From Bispira polyomma (taxonomy: Eukaryota): a stretch of DNA of 64,000 nt. How positions within the stretch are numbered: position 1 is the first letter of the stretch; every line of letters begins with the position of its first letter. This document shows positions 25,790-37,820 of the stretch, piece by piece. The position numbers and the translations under genes are program-made. A model generated the notes under the pieces. It was given only the letters and a program-made list of their open reading frames with translations, did not search any database and had not been told where the DNA came from. The DNA lies in NCBI GenBank assembly GCA_965649765.1, contig OZ287756.1, positions 42,284,001 through 42,348,000 of the forward strand, given 5' to 3'.

Positions 25790-26096
25790 AGGGCCGTTTC
25801 AAATGTGCTTCCTCGTGGGCAGCCACTATGGGTGTCAAGGCTTACTTAAGAATGACCATTTATCAATGTGCTCAAGGATCTTTAATCTGCCACTGGATAT
25901 ATAACTCAGTGACAGAGGCCTGCCATTTTAAGTAGTCATCCAAGCCACTAGACAAACTTGTGTTCACATCTTGCACTTGTGTTCACGTCTTGCCTAAGAA
26001 TGTTATCACAGTGAAACTAGCGGTCAGTACCGTGAATAGAACCTGGGACCTTCTGATCATCAGATCAACACCCTAACCACTAGACTATGGGGGATC
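25790..26096 (-). mobile_element. SINE family B, near full length
   Basis: Reverse complement starts GATCCCCCATAGTCTAGTGGTTAGGG (same head as 32715), then GGTTCTATTC, TTAGGCAAGACGTGAACACAAGT (locally duplicated) and GGATGACTACTTAAATGGCAGGCCTCTGTCACTG. Confidence 0.8.
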
Positions 26097-29000
26097 ACTT
26101 TATATATCTGACCAAAGTGTTTAGCTTACTGCCAAGTTTTAAGCTGAAGAAGAACAGGTATTTTTATTTGGCACCATAAAGACTCGTAAGGTTTCTATAA
26201 AATGGAATTTAAACTCAACACTGCCGGATGCTATGTCTTTGTTTTACAACGCTGCAAATGCAAAGCTTATGACAAAACTTGTGTCACATATGGCACAATA
26301 ATTGAAAAGACAAAAGTCTATGAACACAGAGTGTAATTATCACAGGACTCATTATTGGTAACACATACTTACATCTAAATTTGAGGCCACAAAACGGAAG
26401 TAGTGTAGACTGTAAGAATCAAAACCATCATATTCTACTGTGTACCACGTTCTCTGTGTTTACACAACAATATCCTTAAATTAGTATGAATTTAGTCTTT
26501 TTAGTGGCTTTGTGGTGGCTTTTGCATCAATATAGTCTCTTTACTCATGTGTGATAAGTTACTAATAGGGTACTTTTGGCCATTGTATCACTGATTGGAT
26601 TTTGCTTTCTCCCATAGAAAGGTCCTAGTAGTTAAAGGATAATTAAGTAGCATAATCTTGCCTGCATACACATTCCCATTCAACCTACAAATCCCATTAT
26701 AAGGTAGTCTCCAGAGTGGACATTCAACCTACAAATCCTATTTTTAGGTATTCTCCGAGAGTGAACGTTAATTATCCCAATTCAAAAAAAGTAAAATATA
26801 AGGTATCCTCCCTACTGCCTTCCTACTGTCAATATCTGATCAGAGTGTTACAGATTGTCATTTGGCATAGAAATATTGAGTACATTGTAAGACATTAATT
26901 TGTGTCAACCTTATGTTTCTGTAGAGGCCCATTGTAGAGGACCGTTGTTGGCGAATATATGTTAGGAATAAGGTATAGAATAAGGTTAAGAACAATCTCA
27001 CCCAAATGCCCAGTCCTAGAAATACCGTAAATGTTTGACAACACAATTTCTTATGCAGTAACGTCATCGATACATTTCTGAACCAAAGTCCAACTGAAAT
27101 TCTGTTGTCTTTCACTGGGTTCATCTGCATAAATTTTATACCTAGTTATAATATATGAATAGATATCTTCATAAAGAACAAGTTTAAGAATGGCTCGAGT
27201 GTCCCTGAAAGATAATCAACAGACTTCTATGATTACAGATACCGTAGTTTTCTGTATAGCCGCACTAGGCATTTAGATGAATTGCATTGTGAAGTTCGAA
27301 ACACCCGAAATTTATCGGTCCTATTGTGCAATAAAGTTAGGGATTAGACCCAATGACTGACCATTTTAGTCTTATCTAAGCCAATATATCTGTAACATAT
27401 CTATATATGTAGCTGGAATCGAACCCAGGCCCTCTTGCATTACACCCAGGTCACATTATTTCGTTAAAGTATTTAACATGGAGGTTTCTTTAAGGTGGGT
27501 GTGTATTAAAAGATTGATCACTTGTTGGCGTGGACATGAACAATATTAGGGAAATGGCATATGCTGAAGTAAATATACCAAGGATGAGTATGTTTATCTA
27601 AGCTGATAACTTAATTGATAATTATCTCTTAATGGGACAGCCTTTGAGGTGACACTCACTTGTTATTCTAGTGCGCTGTTCATTACTCCAGGAGGAACCA
27701 CATTGATATGTGTGCAATGTATAAATCTGGCTAACTATAAGGTTGAGTTCTATCAGAGAGGTGACATGTTATTTCAGTCATGGTAATTTATAGATTTTGA
27801 ATGCATAACATAGATGCATTCTGGAAAATTATTTATATATTATAAAGTGTTGTTAAGACTTAGGTGTGGACATTGAGTGAGCTGCAATAAATCATGTTTT
27901 TTCAATCATGGTAATGGTGTAACATTTTGAATGAATAACATAGCTGCATTGTGGATAATTACTTGGATATTAGAAATTGTGTGAAGACCTATGTATGGAC
28001 ACTGAGTGAGTTGTTATAAATAAAAATTAAAGTTCTCTCTTAGAAGCTAATATATTGTTGAAGTTATTGTAATTTGTACATTTTGACTAGGTAATACAGC
28101 CACCTTCTGGATAATTAATGGGATCGTAGAAACTAATGTTAAGAGGTATGTGTGGAAGTTAGATACTTCAAAGTTTAAATACGTTTCAAAACATAGCCCA
28201 GTAGTAGATTATTTAAGATAGTCATATCCAGTTTATGGGGTAATAATTTCCTTTAGTTACAAAACATAACTTGTGCTACTGAAAAAAAAGCTATTGCACA
28301 ACGGTTGGTCTGCACTACAGGCTAGTTGGATGTGCTTAATGAAAGTATTTACTGTGATCTATTGCTCATTTGTGTATCTCTAAACTAATTGAAGCTATTT
28401 ATAAGAGGTTCTGTTGGGTTGAGGTCTGTTACCAGAGAAATGGGACAGAATGGACTGAACTAACCACGTGGATTGGGAATTCTAAAACCCACAGGAGATT
28501 TGTGTGTTTTTCGGCGTTGCCCTTGATTGCTAATAAACCAATCGGGTTCATAACTGATGGAATATCAATAGATGATTTTTTTTGGTGTGTGTGTACCAAG
28601 AAACGCCCTTCAGAATTCTATGCTTATACTTGGGCAATCGTTTAGTATGTATGTTTTTAGTGTGTTTGGAATTACAGTTAACCACAAATTATCCTGGGTG
28701 TAAAAAAAATTTAATGTTCATAGTGTTCTGTTTAAATTTAAAAATGCTTTCTGTCAGAAGGTGTTTCATTCAATTTCAGGATATTATTTACAAATGTAGA
28801 CAAAGGTAATTGAAATGGCACCATGTATTTTAATATCTGAACAGTTTATGATGCAAGTAGACAATTGAGTTTAAAGCCTTTTGACAAAACATTTTAATCA
28901 AATTTTAATAATAATGTAATTTTACAGCTTTTGTCACTTGTGGATACCCTCAAATCCCAACATTGGGATGTTTTTTTCCACTACTACTAACTGGATAGAG

Positions 29001-29492
29001 CTTACAGTGTGGTAAACAGGCTCCAGCAAAAGTCAAATGTTAGAGACTATATTTCCAGGGTCCCAAGTAATGGAATGGAATATGTGGTAAAACTAGTGAG
29101 TTGATGCCTTTTATCTTACAGTATCTTCAGAATTATTCTTCTCTGTAGCTTTAAGGGTGTTTTTTTCAGTTATAAGTCAGTCTATGTGGTTTATTACTTA
29201 ATGAGCTGTATTCAGTTGGATATATATGGGAGTTTTTGATAGTTGTGGATTATTTAAGGATATATTCATGAAATTGCCCATGTGTAAACAAGAAAACTAA
29301 ACACAGTAATGCAGACCATTTTTGTTATACCAAGTTACACTACAGTAACAACATTCTGGGAGTATAAATCAACTGCTTCTTATTGAGAGAAGAAAGACAC
29401 ACAGAATTAAAAAGGCTTTATTTGTCAGGCTTCACACAGAGTCAATGCTGAGTTAGCAAGAGTCCTAATTAAAGGCAGAGCTTTGGGTTACC

Positions 29493-29708
29493 ATGGTGAT
29501 TATGGATACAACAGACTACAGATTAGACATCTCTAAGCTAGACCCTGTGCTGCTTAAGTACCATGGCAGGGACCGTAGAAGCGGGCGTTACCAGCCCGTG
29601 TACGGGCCTGGGCGTTACCCACACTCCCAGATACGGCGCAAGAACACCAGCCGCAACTACCACGCCAATATGTACGGGCGGCGCAAGAGCAGCATCCAAG
29701 TAGTGCTG
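29493..29708 (+). CDS. Candidate alternative first coding exon B (72 aa, R/G/Y-rich, ends RRKSSIQVVL)
   Basis: ACCATGG Kozak context, in-frame TAG upstream, GC/CpG-rich codons in an AT-rich background, donor CTG|GTGAGT phase 0. Confidence 0.75.
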
Positions 29709-29719
29709 GTGAGTAGTAT

Positions 29720-30130
29720 CTCCATATATTATCATTAGTGAGTACTCTTTAAGTATTTTGTAAATACTTTTGGGTATTGCCCACATGTATACACGTTGTG
29801 ATTACTGCTAGTGAGGTACTTTATTTCTATGTAAGTACTAGGAGTACTTTATGTCTATGTAAGTACCATTTAGTACTGCATGTATATGTAGGTATTAGTT
29901 AGTATTGTGTGTATATGCAAATATTAGTGAGTACTGTGTGTACATATAAGTACTATAAGGAGCTCTGTCTGAATGTGAAAGTACTCACAAGTATAATTGA
30001 TGTATTGCGTGTATATGTAAATATTAGCATCTACTGTGTGTATATATAAATACTACAGGGAGCACTGTCTAAATGTGAAAGTACTCACAAGTACAGTTCA
30101 TATAAAAGTTCTGGTACTATATATTTTTAT
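29720..30130 (+). repeat. Degenerate ~29-bp tandem repeat (GAGTACT...GTATATGTAA) with a ~119-bp duplication
   Basis: Recurrent AGTACT/GTGTATATGTA. AATGTGAAAGTACTCACAAGTA occurs at ~29972 and ~30072. Confidence 0.6.
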
Positions 30131-30459
30131 GTCTATGTATAAGTGCTGGTGAAAACAATATGTATTAAAAGTACTGTTGAAAGCAATACCTGTGAACAGT
30201 ACTACTTTAATTATACGGTCCATACAATATGTACTAAGAACAATTGTTTCACACAAGTATTGTAAAATACTTACAAGGACTTTTCATACATAATGGTGAG
30301 TACTGTCCAAATTTAAAAAAACGAAGTCTCTGTGTAAGTTACAGACTACTCCCTATACATCCCCACTGATATGTGTATCCTCGGATGTCCTGTCTGCTGA
30401 AAAATTACCACAAATAATGCCTTGTGCCCAACAGTACATGTGTTATTTATTATCTCAGA

Positions 30460-31140
30460 TTATTGAATAATATGTCAAATGCCATGGTGAGTAGTCGGCT
30501 AGACTATTGCAATTCCTTGCTGTACAGTATTACTAAGGTGAATATAACGAGGCTGCAAAGAGTCCAAAACGCCCTCTTAGATTATTGACCAATATTGTCA
30601 TATCTAAAATGTCATGGTGAGTAGTCGGCCAGACTATTACAGTTCCTTGCTGTACGGTATTAGTAAGGTGAATAAAAGACGCTCCAAAGAGTTCAAGATG
30701 CCCTCTGCCTTATTGTGTGCATGCATAACAAATTCAGCTATGTCACACCATACCTAAACAAACTCTGCTGGGCATATTCTTTTTAAATACAATCTTCTTG
30801 TGTTCAAAGCTATCAAGCTCAACCATCTTTCTTATTTGTCCTTACTCATTAAGTCTAGATGCCTCACCCAGGGAAACCACCTTTTCGTTTCTTCAACCCA
30901 TCCAAATAGGAAAATCAGCAGACGCTGCTTTTCTGTCGCGGCTCCTGTTAAATGGAACAAGCTGCCACAGGCCCTCAGATCAAAGGATACAATCCCTGGT
31001 TTCAGAAGCCTTCTGAAAATTTGCCTTTTCACATTGGTCTACCCCTCTCCTTGGTCTCTTACCTAGTGGAAGTTTTTTTTCAGTAATGACCGTTTTTCTT
31101 GCCAGGACCTTCCCTGTGTGGATATTAGCACCTTAGAGGA
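30460..31140 (+). mobile_element. L2/CR1-group LINE 3' fragment with an internal ~130-bp tandem duplication
   Basis: NAMVSSRLDYCNSLLY-type segment present twice (30478, 30608), followed by RRCFSVAAPVKWNKLPQALR...FRSLLKICLF. Confidence 0.85.
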
Positions 31141-31319
31141 TTCATATTTAATTTATTTATTATAAAGACAACAATATGCAACACAGGTAAATAAAAATTG
31201 CCTAGCCTCAATGGGCTTATATGTCACTTTTATAATACAATATTAATGACAGTGTTACTGTGAATGACTAATTAGATCTTAGTTGTTCACATGTCATTAG
31301 CCTTAACCATACACACATC

Positions 31320-32175
31320 TATGGCTAGTTTGATAGCAAACAATCCACTAGGGACTAAGTGAACCAAGGCTGGTGTGATATTCATGTATAGTACACAGTC
31401 TATTAGGGACTAGGTAAAGCTAGGCTAGTTTGATTGTCATGTATTGTACACAGTCCATTCGGGACTAGGTAAACCAAGGCTGGGGTGATAGTCATGTATA
31501 GTGCACAGTCTATTAGGGACTAGGTAAAGCTAGGCTAGTTTGATTGTCATGTATTGTACACAGTCCATTCGGGACTAGGTAAATCAAGGCTGGTGTGATA
31601 GTCATGTATAGTACACAGTCTATTAGGGACTAGGTAAAGCTAGGCTAGTTTGATTGTCATGTATAGCACACAGTCCATTAGGGACTAGGTAAAGCTAGGC
31701 TAGTTTGATTGTCATGTAAAGTAAATAGTGTCCATTCGGGACTAGGTAAACCAAGGCTGGTGTGATAGTCATGTATAGTACACAGTCCATTAGGGACTAG
31801 GTAAAGCTAGGCTAGTTTGATTGTCATGTAAAGTAAATAGTGTCCATTCGGGACTAGGTAAACCAAGGCTGGTGTGATAGTCATGTATAGTACACAGTCC
31901 ATTAGGGACTAGGTAAAGCTAGGCTAGTTTGATTGTCATGTATTGTACACAGTCCATTCGGGACTAGGTAAACCAAGGCTGGTGTGATAGTCATGTATAG
32001 TACACAGTCCATTAGGGACTAGGTAAAGCTAGGCTAGTTTGATTGTCATGTATTGTACACAGTCCATTCGGGACTAGGTAAACCAAGGCTGGTGTGATAG
32101 TCATGTATAGTACACAGTCCATTAGGGACTAGATAAAGCTAGGCTAGTTTGATTGTCATGTAAAGTAAATAGTGT
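31320..32175 (+). repeat. 55-bp minisatellite with alternating A/B monomers (110-bp higher-order unit)
   Basis: A: GGGACTAGGTAAAGCTAGGCTAGTTTGATTGTCATGTATTGTACACAGTCCATTC. B: GGGACTAGGTAAACCAAGGCTGGTGTGATAGTCATGTATAGTACACAGTCCATTA. Confidence 0.95.
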
Positions 32176-32714
32176 ACTAGGAACAACATATAGAAAGGCT
32201 AATTTTCCTTGACAATATAAATACGGAGATGATTACGAAAATATCATTAGTGTACAATATAAGGTACCCTATAAATCACTGTCCTTCCGGACACTGACAC
32301 TTGTGTAAATCTAGAATAAAGATAATGGACCATTTTATTGGGAATGTACACATTGTTTTAGAACCAGCAAACAGTAATATCCCTACTGTATCATTTTTCT
32401 TCTGGGCGATAAAGGGGTGGATTAGCTTGGTTTGAGCAGGCTTTTTTGGGGGGTATTCATTGCACAATTACTCAATACTCGCATCTGACTTCTAGTTAAT
32501 GCACTTTCTTTAGCCTAGGAGCTATGAACTTATTTTCAGTCGGAATTTGTTTTTATGATTGATACACATCTCCCTGTAACCATGGCCTTGTTTAAATACT
32601 ATGCTTTATAGAACAGACAGACATATTTTTGTTGTCGTTGTTTTATTCACAATTTTTTTGCACAACTTTTTTTTTAACCTTGGAGGGGCGTGGCTGGTCA
32701 GGGTAGTCATATAT

Positions 32715-32850
32715 GATCCCCATGGTATAGTGGTTAGGGAGTTGGTCTGATGATTAGAAGGTCTCAGGTTTCATTTGCCGGGATAGTGTCCTTGGACAAG
32801 ATGTGAACACAAGTTTGCCTGGTGGCTCGAATGACCACTAAAAATGGCGT
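32715..32850 (+). mobile_element. SINE family B, 5' half
   Basis: A-box TGGTATAGTGG, CORE-like GTGTCCTTGGACAAGATGTGAACAC, GAATGACCACTAAAAATGG. Confidence 0.8.
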
Positions 32851-34214
32851 ATTATTAGTTTACTTTCTGTGGGTTTTTTTTTCACTAAGTACAATATGTA
32901 GAGTCATTTAACTGTTAAATACTAACTACTGCATACAGTGCCACTGAACTGTATTATCATTGTCATCTAGGCACTTTTGTTTGTGAAATATCTGGTCACA
33001 TTGCCCTATTACCATCCTGCTAGTACTGGCACTATTTCCGCAGTAAGCTCTTTCTGTCTTGAATTATCAGGATATATAGGTGTTTATTTTTCCACAGTGG
33101 TGATATGCACAAGTCCAGAATTAGTTCCTTCAACTTCCTTATATCCTCTGTTAATCCAATTGATATTCTTTCCGTCATAAAGAGGATAATGCAAAAAAAA
33201 TATTCTATGTAGCCTAATACGCAACACAGAGGATCTGGGTTCAATATATAGTTTCTCAGGTGACTACTTAAAATTAGTAACTATGTCATTAACTTTGCTA
33301 TTGTGAAAAATATATATTAGGCATAATATATTTAGAAAAGTGGACACCAAAGAGACATGTGGTACTATATTAACCATACAGATTGGCATTGTAATGGCTT
33401 TGTAGCTGTTTTCTTAGAACTGTAGAATTTCGGCCATAATTGTCTTGGAGTATTGACTATTGTTAGACCATAAGCCAATAATATTATCACTACTAGTAAT
33501 TGTTGTGGTATAAGTGGCAATTGTCATGATATAAGAATGTAAGATGTAATTACAGTAACATAATAATGTCTGTACTAATGTGAGTTTTCACCAAAACCTT
33601 GGATAACGTAGGATATTATGGGGTGACGAAATCATGTAAAGTATTTGTTTTAAACAAAAACCACGAATGCCCCCCCTTCCCTGCCTGAGATGTTTTGTGG
33701 GTATGCAGTTTGTCTTACAATCTCCTTTACAAAGATTTATCCCAATAAGACAGAATCCATTGAACAGAAAACTGAATAAACCAGTCATTTGTTAAATAAA
33801 CAATAAACTAATAAACCAGCCATTGTGCTATTTTAAGTGATTCCCATAAGGCTGTATTTGGAAGACATGGAAAGTTACAGTCTATGGTTAGTTTAAAATG
33901 CAGGGTTTGCAGTCGCGATGGGCATATTAATCATAGCATTGTTATGTGCTCTGTTATGACACCAGATCTTAAACCAACAGCTCTTTCTAGTGGGTGTCAT
34001 TCTGAGATTCGGTTGATATCTTACAATAAAACACTGGCAGCTTGTTGAAAAACATTGGAAAATAATGAGGATAGTGTTCAGTAATTGGCTTATAAATCCG
34101 TTTCAAGTGGAATGGGTGCAACTTGCCACTTTGCAGTATGACTTTAGTAAATAAATGTGATTTGGAAATATGTGTTACCTCTGTAGTTTTTGGAACAAAG
34201 AGCAACCATTTACT

Positions 34215-34415
34215 TAAACATTTACGACCTCAGATCATCAGACATACTTATCGGTTTCAGGAAAAAGCTTAAAACCTATCTTTTAACCTGGCCTTCCCAC
34301 CATAGTTTCCATGCTGTAATCCACCACATCCTTGTTTGCGACTTTGCTATGTCCATGGATCACATGATTGAATCACTGATTCTGTTGCCTAGCATCAATA
34401 AAGCACGTTTAAAAT
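34215..34415 (+). mobile_element. L2-group LINE 3' end fragment
   Basis: LRSSDILIGFRKKLKTYL, followed by the tail CTAGCATCAATAAAGCACGTTTAAAA shared with 34790. Confidence 0.75.
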
Positions 34416-34789
34416 GCATAATACTAATTGAATTAATATGTCAACTAAACCACACCTATCAATAATGTATACATTATAGATAGATTTTGTCAGATTTTTA
34501 AGTTTTCAAATGACTGTGTTGCAGAAATGGCCTTCTACAACAGAGGCCAAAAAGGACTGTCATAAAGTAAATGTCATTACAGATCAGGAATGTTAGTTCT
34601 GACACACTATGTATCATAATTACTATTACATTTTTGTACCAGAGTCGTGAAGCAAACCATAAACCTTTAGGTTATAATTCAAATGATACCAAATGCTAAA
34701 GATGGTGTAGTTCTGGGTTTTTTCGGAACACTGCAAAACTTTTTAAGGTATGGCCTCAAATATTAGGAGAAATGATAAATTGTATTGTA

Positions 34790-36290
34790 CATTTTAACGT
34801 GCCTTATTGATGCTAGACATCTCCTAAGGCACGACATCAGAATCAATCAGGCAATAGAAAAATTTAAAAACATAGCCAGGTCGTAAGGATGAATGCGTCA
34901 GCGCCCAGGGAGAGGACCACGGAGAATAGGCGAGCCTGAAGAGATAGGTTTTAAGATTTCTCCTAAATCCGAAAGTGTTTCTAAGCTCAACTGGAAGGCT
35001 GTTCCATAACATGGGGGCAGCGACCGAGAAATCTCTAGATCCAACCCTCTTGGTAAATTTTTAGGGGAAACAGAGAGTCTTTTCCTCTTTTAAGGCTGTT
35101 GAAGGAGAATTTAGTAGCAAGGTAGTGAGGCTGTTGAGAGACAACAGCTTTAAAGGTGGTTACCTGCATTTTAAACAGGATTCGATAGTAAATAGGAAGC
35201 CAGTGGAGTTTCTCAAGGTATGGAGTGACATCGGATTCCCAAATGAAAGATGACTCTATACAGACAGTTTGAAATGAACTGCAACCAGTTTATGTGGGAC
35301 TTAATAGCTCCAAACAGAAGAGAATTACAGTAGTCAAGGTGGCTATTTGCAAGAGCGTTGGCCACAGTGATAGCAGTATCTAGTGAAAGATGATTTCTGA
35401 TCCTTTTGAGGTCCTTAATGTTATAGTAACAAGAGCGGCGAATGTAAGGAAGAAATGAAAAAGCAGGGTCGATAGTGACACCTAGGTTTTTGACCTGGTC
35501 TGAAGGTTGAATCTCATTGCCCAGAAGTGTGATTGGGAAAATGATTTTAAGTATTTACTGTGTTGCTAATTAGGGTGAATTCAGTTTTATCTGGGTTTAA
35601 TTTCAGTTTGGAGTAGTTTATCCACGCCTGAACTGAGGAGAGACAGTCGGCAAGTAAATCAAGGTTTTTTCCAGCATTATGAGGGTTAAGAGAGAGAAAG
35701 ATTTGAGTGTCATCAGCATACATGTAATTCTTAACAATGTGACAATGTGATTAACAATGTGATTATGGGAGTTAGCTAGGTTTTGTTTATTAAGATGGTC
35801 ATGGATTTCTCTAGCAACAGCTTTCCCAATGAGTTTAGATACAAAGCTGAAGCTAGAGACCGGTCTATATTTTTAGCCCATTTTTGTCAAGGCCTGGTTC
35901 TTTTCAGAAAGGGGGCGACATATAGATTTTGAAACAAGAGGGAAATATACCATCTCTAAGCGAATAATTTATGATGTTGGTGATAGGAGTTATGAGAATG
36001 TCTAGGCATTCCGTGAAAACAGCGGCAGAGATAGGATCCAGTTCACAGGATTTGATAGAGTTGGATTTTATGAGTTTGAGACATTTGTTCTCCAAAAGTG
36101 GGTTAAAATGTAGCAGATTCGAAACTTTATGGCCAGGGGATGGTGGAGAGAATTGTAGCTTTGTTAAAAAACCTTCACAAATTTTAGTAATTTTTTCCAA
36201 ATTTTTCTGCAAGAAATGTGCGGCAATGATTATTAAGCAGAACTTGTCTTACAAACTTGAATGCTTTTTTGTTCAGTAGTTCCTGGAAGT
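34790..36290 (-). mobile_element. L2/CR1-group LINE, decayed and internally deleted, 3' tail intact
   Basis: KSCELDPI...ECLDILITPITNIINYSLRDGIFPSCFK; YADDTQI at ~35720; KLNPDKTEF; HLDYCNS; LHWLPI; LWNSLPVELR...FRRNLKTYLF. Confidence 0.9.
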
Positions 36291-37609
36291 AAGAATATTA
36301 TGTGCAGGATTATTGGGGCAATATAAGAAATTGCTGTGTTTATGGGGACATCCAAGCGCTCAGTGATTTACTCGCCAATTCTAAAATTCCTATTAATCGT
36401 TCAAGTCCATCTATCCATAAAAATATCTCAGCGTTAGATACCCGTTTTTCTACAGCAGTTGATGAAAGAAGAGACATTATGTAGAGATGTATTCATAAGA
36501 AATTGTGAAATGTTGCTGAACTCTAAATATCCAAGCTCTCCATGATTGAACACCTCGATTTCAAAATGCAAACTTAATCTTTCAGTGTAGTTATTTTGGA
36601 AATAATACCTGTTTACTTAAAGTAATACTTGGAATATTTTATTAATCATTTATCAAAATTAAACAGCCAAATATAAGCTCAATAATTAAATTAAAGTGGC
36701 AGTTTTTTGTCATTGGGTGCTATCCCGGATGAATCCCACAAAATGTTGGACACAATGATATATGGCCATCCAAATGATATTCTGTTTTGTTAGGGAATAC
36801 CAAGGCCACAGAAACGTCTCTAGTGATTTGATTCCATTCACAGCAGATATCTACTTTTCATTTTCTGTACCAAAATGGGCAGTAGATTTGCTTATTGCCA
36901 GTGGTGTTAAGTTTAAAAACCTTAAACAACTACCCTGTTCTACTTTTCTCTACCAATAAACTGCCTGTCACAATCTAATACTTACTTGTTTGAAGTGACC
37001 TTCAAACCCATACAAAATCTAAGGTCAGTTTTAAACATACAAACCCCAAACCCCAATTGATTATTATTAAATGGCACTTCAAATAGTGTTCTACTTTTAA
37101 AACGATAAAATGTCTCCCATATTTCGTCCATTTTTTGTATTGCTTTAGGTATTTTTTTTTTTTTTTCAAAAGAAAACATTACTTTTGTTTAGTAATTGGC
37201 CATAAATAGAGAGATGCAGCATGATTTGCAGCAATTTTTTATTGCCATAAACCAATTGACTTGGAAATTGTGATGGGTCAGAAATGCTTACTGTGGGTGT
37301 TTTTGTTGTTGTCTCGTGTTACACATTTTTCTGTCCTACCTTTCTTTGGCGGGATTACTCAAATGGATCCATGAGTTTTATTGGACTCCTACACTGCCCT
37401 AAAAGTGATGTATGGCCAACCTTTTATAACGTAGTCCCTAAGATTAACAACCCACTGCAGACGTGGTGACCTGTGAGTTACACTACTTAAACTATTGAGG
37501 GTATCCAACTAACAGCTCTCCTTAAACTTACACTGAAGTTTATTTCAATATTTTGATATTGTATGTCATAAAGTAATGCAGCAAAACTAACCAGCCTTTA
37601 GTCAACTAT

Positions 37610-37820
37610 CTGGCAGTCTTGGGGGTGTACGGGTAATGCACTTTCTTCTCACCAGTGATATCATGAGTTTAAATCACGTGCCTGGTCTATGTTGGAAAGT
37701 TGGCAGTAGACTTGCTTACGGCTGGTGCTTTGCAGAGCAGAAAACAACCAATTAGACTGTTTTAATTTTCCATTGTGATATGAGACAAACATAATGAAAG
37801 CCACATTTTACCCGAAATGA
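37610..37820 (+). mobile_element. Old SINE related to family A; similar copies at ~47405-47595 and ~48630-48740
   Basis: B-box-like GAGTTTAAATC / GATTCGAATC, then GGAAAGTTGGCAGT..CTTGCT...GGCTGGTG.TTTGCAGAGCAGAAAAC shared between copies. Confidence 0.65.
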
